From a bacterium (GTDB lineage Bacteria > Muiribacteriota > UBA6191), in NCBI GenBank assembly GCA_036339875.1, contig JAYZAC010000093.1, positions 1 to 11,159 on the forward strand: a stretch of 11,159 bases of DNA, in the 5' to 3' direction. The translations under genes and the position numbers were made by a program. How positions within the stretch are numbered: position 1 is the first letter of the stretch; each line of letters begins with the position of its first letter. The notes under the pieces were generated by a model. That model ran no database searches. It was not told where the DNA came from and saw only the letters and a program-made list of their open reading frames with translations. Of this stretch, positions 6,877-11,159 are shown in pieces.

Positions 6877-9066
6877 ATGGATCTTAAAGACCTATTAAAA
6901 GAAGAGAAAACTCTTATTGAGCAGTTAAATTTATTGGACGAAAGTGAGCGCTTTTGTCAAAATATTTTATGGTTGAATCAGGCTTTGTATGACCAATCTA
7001 ACAAACTTCTAGAAGCTAGGGTGAACAATCCGAACTTTTCTACTTTTAATAACACCTCCTACATTACAAAAATTAATGCAAAAAATCCTTTATTTATTCA
7101 AGAACAGTCCTCAGACACAGTACTAATGACTCTAGGGATCTTTAATACTACAGAGTTTCAAGGACATCTAGTCATTCAATTTGGTACGCAGGATATTTCT
7201 AAAGATCATTTATATAAAATCGCTTCTAATTGTGCACAACACCTCATTTTTCACATCAGCAAATTGGTTAATGATAAAGAGTTTGAAAAACTAAATACTC
7301 GACTCAAGCACAGTCGAAATGAACTTCAAAACTTAAAGCACCAGTTTCATCAAATCTCCTTAGAGAATATTCAAAAAAATCAGGAACTCGAGGACTATAG
7401 TCTTAAGCTTGAGGACCGTGTTGCAGAAAAGACAAAAGAACTCCAAATTGCCCTACAAAGAGCCGAAATGGCCAATATTGCAAAAAGTCAATTCCTAGCT
7501 ACCATGAGTCACGAAATTCGTACTCCCATGAATGGTGTAATTGCTATGACAGATTTAACTCTTGAAGATGAATCAGACTTAGATAAAAGAGAGAATTTAG
7601 AGTTAGTTAAAACAAGTGCTTACAACTTATTGGAAATAATCAATGATATTCTTGACTTTAGCAAAATTGAAGCTGGCAAGTTATCAATTGAAAAAGTCGA
7701 GTACAATTTAATAGAAAGCCTAAAGTCTGTACATTCATCACTAGCTATCAAGGCTTTTAAGAAAAAATTAGAACTACTTGTGGATATAGATGGTAATGTT
7801 CCGGAAATTGTACTAGGTGATCCTGGTCGTGTTACCCAAATCTTAATAAATATAATCGGAAATGCCATTAAATTTACCGAAAACGGCTACATAGAAAGTA
7901 AAATATCTTGCGTATCAAAACTGGATAATGAGGCTTTACTACAATTTTCTATCCGAGATACTGGAATTGGTATACCCGCAACACATCTTGATAGTATTTT
8001 TGACTCTTTTACCCAAGCTGATGGCTCTATAACAAGACAGTTTGGAGGCACTGGCTTAGGTACTACAATTTCTAGACAATTAGTCGAGTTAATGGGAGGA
8101 AAAATTTGGGTAGAAAGTGAACATGCTCAGGGAAGTACTTTTCATTTCCAACTTCCCTTTAATATTATTAGTGATTCGACTTCGTCGACTAAGATCAATT
8201 TTGTTCATCATAAAATAGTGATAGCTTGTGAACATAATCAGCTACGTCTATTAGTTAAGAAATACTTCAAACAATGGAAAGTTCCCAAAGTCATATCTTG
8301 CAAGTCTCTTGATAGATCTATCAAATCAATTCGACAAGCTACAGATGCAAAGAAACCATTTACTCTACTTATTATTGATGAATCGATCATAAGAGATAAC
8401 TCAAAGGAATTGAGTGACCTAGCTAGCGTAGTAGAAGATACAAAGCTAAAGTGTATTTATTTGTCGAATCGCCTAGATCTTAATATTCTCGAGAAAGTAA
8501 AGACAAAATTACCTGAGATTACTATTCTTCGTAAACCGCTAATTCCTAACGATCTACTTCGATTAATGCAAACTAAATCAGCAGATATAATCAAAACTAA
8601 AAGTCCACAACCTAGGAATAAAGAAACTGTACAGCAACAAAGTCTAAGATTGAATATTCTGGTTGCGGAAGATAATATTGTCAATCAAAGGATAATGCAA
8701 AAGCTGTTGAGCAAGCTAGGTCACTCGATGTCAATAGTAGACAATGGTAAATCTGCTCTGGACTTAATAAAAACGGGAATTAATTTTGACCTCATTTTAA
8801 TGGATATGATGATGCCAATAATGAGTGGAATAGAAACAACACTTGCTATCAGGCATTGGGAATCTCAGAAAAATAAAATCAATTCCCTTCATATTATTGC
8901 GATGACTGCTAATGCTGGAAAAGAAGATCGCAAGCAATGCTTAGAAGCCGGTATGGATGATTTTATTAGTAAGCCTATTTTAAAAGAAGCATTAAAACAA
9001 AAATTAGTTGAGGTCAGTAAAATCCAATTAAGATCCGTATGGAATAGTAAAAGTGACCGTGCATAG
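6877..9066 (+). CDS. Cytoplasmic hybrid sensor histidine kinase (HisKA-HATPase, degenerate REC, intact REC; BarA/RcsC-like core, no HPt)
   Basis: H-box FLATMSHEIRTPMNG, N-box QILINIIGNAIKFT, G1 DTGIGI, F-box IFDSFTQAD and G2 GGTGLG. Terminal receiver has ILVAEDN...LILMDMMMP...AMTA...FISKP. A long coiled coil precedes the H-box and no TM helix is visible. Confidence 0.95.
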   Translation: MDLKDLLKEEKTLIEQLNLLDESERFCQNILWLNQALYDQSNKLLEARVNNPNFSTFNNTSYITKINAKNPLFIQEQSSDTVLMTLGIFNTTEFQGHLVIQFGTQDISKDHLYKIASNCAQHLIFHISKLVNDKEFEKLNTRLKHSRNELQNLKHQFHQISLENIQKNQELEDYSLKLEDRVAEKTKELQIALQRAEMANIAKSQFLATMSHEIRTPMNGVIAMTDLTLEDESDLDKRENLELVKTSAYNLLEIINDILDFSKIEAGKLSIEKVEYNLIESLKSVHSSLAIKAFKKKLELLVDIDGNVPEIVLGDPGRVTQILINIIGNAIKFTENGYIESKISCVSKLDNEALLQFSIRDTGIGIPATHLDSIFDSFTQADGSITRQFGGTGLGTTISRQLVELMGGKIWVESEHAQGSTFHFQLPFNIISDSTSSTKINFVHHKIVIACEHNQLRLLVKKYFKQWKVPKVISCKSLDRSIKSIRQATDAKKPFTLLIIDESIIRDNSKELSDLASVVEDTKLKCIYLSNRLDLNILEKVKTKLPEITILRKPLIPNDLLRLMQTKSADIIKTKSPQPRNKETVQQQSLRLNILVAEDNIVNQRIMQKLLSKLGHSMSIVDNGKSALDLIKTGINFDLILMDMMMPIMSGIETTLAIRHWESQKNKINSLHIIAMTANAGKEDRKQCLEAGMDDFISKPILKEALKQKLVEVSKIQLRSVWNSKSDRA

Positions 9067-10528
9067 TCTATTTGAATTAGACGAATTCAATCAATTTATC
9101 GGGACTGGAAGAAACTTATATCTAGGCTTTTATTCTAATAAGCTTGTTTCAATCTCTGGTAATCAGTCGCTTATCTCAGTCAAATTACAGCAAAATTTCG
9201 ATGATATTTTTCATGAAATTCCTGAATTAATTGAAGAAAAACTAAGATGTATAAGTGAGCAATTTTGCCTCACAAGTATTGAAATAGCGGGAAGGTTTTT
9301 AGAAATTTCGATGTTTTTTAAAAACGAATATCTCTTTATACAGTTGAGCGATATCACAGATTTTCAACGTACTGAAAATTATCTAAGAGAAAGTGAAGAA
9401 AGATTTAGGACACTTTGTGATTCCTCTTACGAAGCAATAGCAATCTTGAAAGATGACATAATCATTGATTGTAATCAAAGTTTGGGGAAATTACTTTCAA
9501 TGCCAACATATGAAATATTGGGTCAAAAATTCATCAACTTCATCGAAAAAAATAAACAAAAAAGTATCGATAATAATATTCGAAAAGCTAATAATAAAAG
9601 ATTGGAAACTAAACTCATAAGATCTAATTCGTCTAAGCTAGCAGTCGAATTAAATATTCGATTTATTCAATCTGATAAAAAAAATGTGCGTGTAATCTCA
9701 TTAAGAGATATCACCCAAAGATTAGCCAATGAGGCTGCTATAAAATTTCAAAATCAGCAACTACAAGCTTCTTATGCAGAACTTAAAAATATTCAAAATC
9801 AATTAATTCAAGTTGAAAAAGTTGCATCCCTTGGCACCATGGCAGCTGGAATAGCACATGAAATTTCTCAACCTTTGAATGCACTTAAAATTACAGTAGA
9901 TGCTATGGAGTTTTGGTTTCAAAAAGGGCGAAAACAAAGCCCTGAGAACATAAGACGCAAGATTTTGAAAATAGCTGAATATGCTAACCGCATTACCGAA
10001 ATTATTAATCTAATAAGGTCCATATATCAGGAAGACCATTCATTGGAAATATCTGAAGTCAATATTATTGAATCATTAAAGAAAGCTTTACAAGTATTAC
10101 AGTCTGATTCAAAAAATTCTCATATTTCAATCGAGTATGAAATTGAAGATAACCTTCCCAAGGTGAAAGCACATCCAATTTATGTAGAACAAATTTTTAT
10201 AAATATAATACGGAATGCCTTAAATGCTTTATTTGAAGTAAAAAATGGAAAAGTTGAAATATCGCTCTTCCTTAAAGAGAATCGAGTTTGTATAAAAATA
10301 TCGGACAACGGTCCTGGATTAGGAGATAATCCATCACGAGTTTTTGATCCATTTTTTAGTCTGAATCATAAAATTAAGGGTATGGGCCTAGGACTGGCGT
10401 TGGTTAGAGCAATCGTGATAGCTTGGAATGGAAAAATAACTGCATACAATCGGTGTGAGTCTAATAAATCTGTGTACCAAGGAGCCATATTCCTTATTGA
10501 ATTACCGGTTAGTAAGGAAGTATTCTAG
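9053..10528 (+). CDS. Cytoplasmic PAS-domain sensor histidine kinase (NtrB/DctB-like transmitter)
   Basis: PAS with ESEERFRTL...RDIT, plus an earlier DIT suggesting a second degenerate PAS. H-box AAGIAHEISQPL, N-box QIFINIIRNA, G1 DNGPG, FDPFFS and G2 GMGLGL. GTG start overlaps the upstream kinase by 14 nt; exact start is uncertain. Confidence 0.93.
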   Translation: MTVHSLFELDEFNQFIGTGRNLYLGFYSNKLVSISGNQSLISVKLQQNFDDIFHEIPELIEEKLRCISEQFCLTSIEIAGRFLEISMFFKNEYLFIQLSDITDFQRTENYLRESEERFRTLCDSSYEAIAILKDDIIIDCNQSLGKLLSMPTYEILGQKFINFIEKNKQKSIDNNIRKANNKRLETKLIRSNSSKLAVELNIRFIQSDKKNVRVISLRDITQRLANEAAIKFQNQQLQASYAELKNIQNQLIQVEKVASLGTMAAGIAHEISQPLNALKITVDAMEFWFQKGRKQSPENIRRKILKIAEYANRITEIINLIRSIYQEDHSLEISEVNIIESLKKALQVLQSDSKNSHISIEYEIEDNLPKVKAHPIYVEQIFINIIRNALNALFEVKNGKVEISLFLKENRVCIKISDNGPGLGDNPSRVFDPFFSLNHKIKGMGLGLALVRAIVIAWNGKITAYNRCESNKSVYQGAIFLIELPVSKEVF

Positions 10529-10531
10529 TTT

Positions 10532-11159
10532 ATGTATATACTCTTGGTAGATGATGAAAAAAATAGTCGAGAGAGTGTAGCGGAGTTTCTAGAGGAACTT
10601 GGTCATCAAGTTCAACAATCTGATAATGCTGGCACAGCAACTCGACTATTCAAGGAGCATACTTACTCTCTGGTCATTACAGATATTAAAATGCCCGGAA
10701 TGGATGGTATTGAATTTCTAAAAATTCTTAAAAAATCTTCCAAGGGGAAGAGTTCTGATATTATTGTATATACAGGCTACGGTGATATAGATACTGCAAT
10801 CGCAAGCCTAAGAGCAGGTGCTTATGATTATCTTCAAAAACCAATTAATATCCAGGAGTTAGCTCATTTAGTAGAAAAAATTGTAGAAAAACAATATCTA
10901 CTCAATGAAAACCAACGACTTATATCTAAAGTTGGAAAAGATGTTTCTAAGGTAATAGATGAATCAAAGACTGTATCTATAAATGGATATAATCAACCTG
11001 TAAAGTCTAATGGTCTGAAGGATTTTGAAGCCTCTTCAAAGGTAATGCAGGAATTGGTTCGGCAATGCAAAATTTATCATTTAGATCCTGATATACCAGT
11101 ATTAATTGAAGGTGAAACAGGAACTGGTAAAGAAATGTTAGCCCGCTTAATCCATTTTG
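10532..11159 (+). CDS. Sigma-54-dependent response regulator, NtrC family (REC plus start of AAA+), truncated by the window edge
   Basis: Translated by hand: MYILLVDDEKNSRESV...LVITDIKMPGMDG...YTGYGD...GAYDYLQKP...IPVLIEGETGTGKEMLARLIHF. This gives an intact receiver and the enhancer-binding protein Walker A motif GETGTGKE. RBS AAGGAAG at 10514-10520; ATG is 3 nt after the upstream stop. Confidence 0.95.
   Translation, partial: MYILLVDDEKNSRESVAEFLEELGHQVQQSDNAGTATRLFKEHTYSLVITDIKMPGMDGIEFLKILKKSSKGKSSDIIVYTGYGDIDTAIASLRAGAYDYLQKPINIQELAHLVEKIVEKQYLLNENQRLISKVGKDVSKVIDESKTVSINGYNQPVKSNGLKDFEASSKVMQELVRQCKIYHLDPDIPVLIEGETGTGKEMLARLIHF

Noticed and set aside
7620..7868. 82-aa minus-strand ORF
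   Set aside because: Antisense shadow of the kinase core; its Ser/Ile/Phe-rich composition is typical of reverse frames.
8457..8684. 75-aa minus-strand ORF
   Set aside because: Antisense shadow of the hybrid kinase.
1..11159. CRISPR array, tRNA/rRNA, transposase/integrase or known defence system
   Set aside because: No regularly spaced repeats, cloverleaf or rRNA-like sequence, or corresponding protein motifs were seen.

Overview
AT-rich bacterial window with two divergent gene blocks. The minus strand carries two proteins with signal peptides and no family I recognise (134 aa and 774 aa). It then has about 330 bp of non-coding DNA with several inverted and direct repeats, and the probable start of another gene running off the left edge. 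The plus strand carries two tightly coupled blocks. Block 1 is an exported thioredoxin-fold redoxin (WCPGC), an Fe-S-less MagIII/endonuclease III-like HhH-GPD DNA glycosylase and a GT-C-like polytopic membrane protein. Block 2 is an apparently all-cytoplasmic signalling module: HDOD protein, hybrid histidine kinase with two receiver-like domains, PAS histidine kinase, and a sigma-54-dependent NtrC-family regulator. That regulator is truncated by the right edge and missing from the ORF track. I saw no rRNA, tRNA, CRISPR array or mobile element. The best candidates for something new are the orphan secreted pair and the HDOD-linked soluble phosphorelay, which may be expressed from a leaderless mRNA. 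All family calls come from motif recognition by eye; no searches were run.
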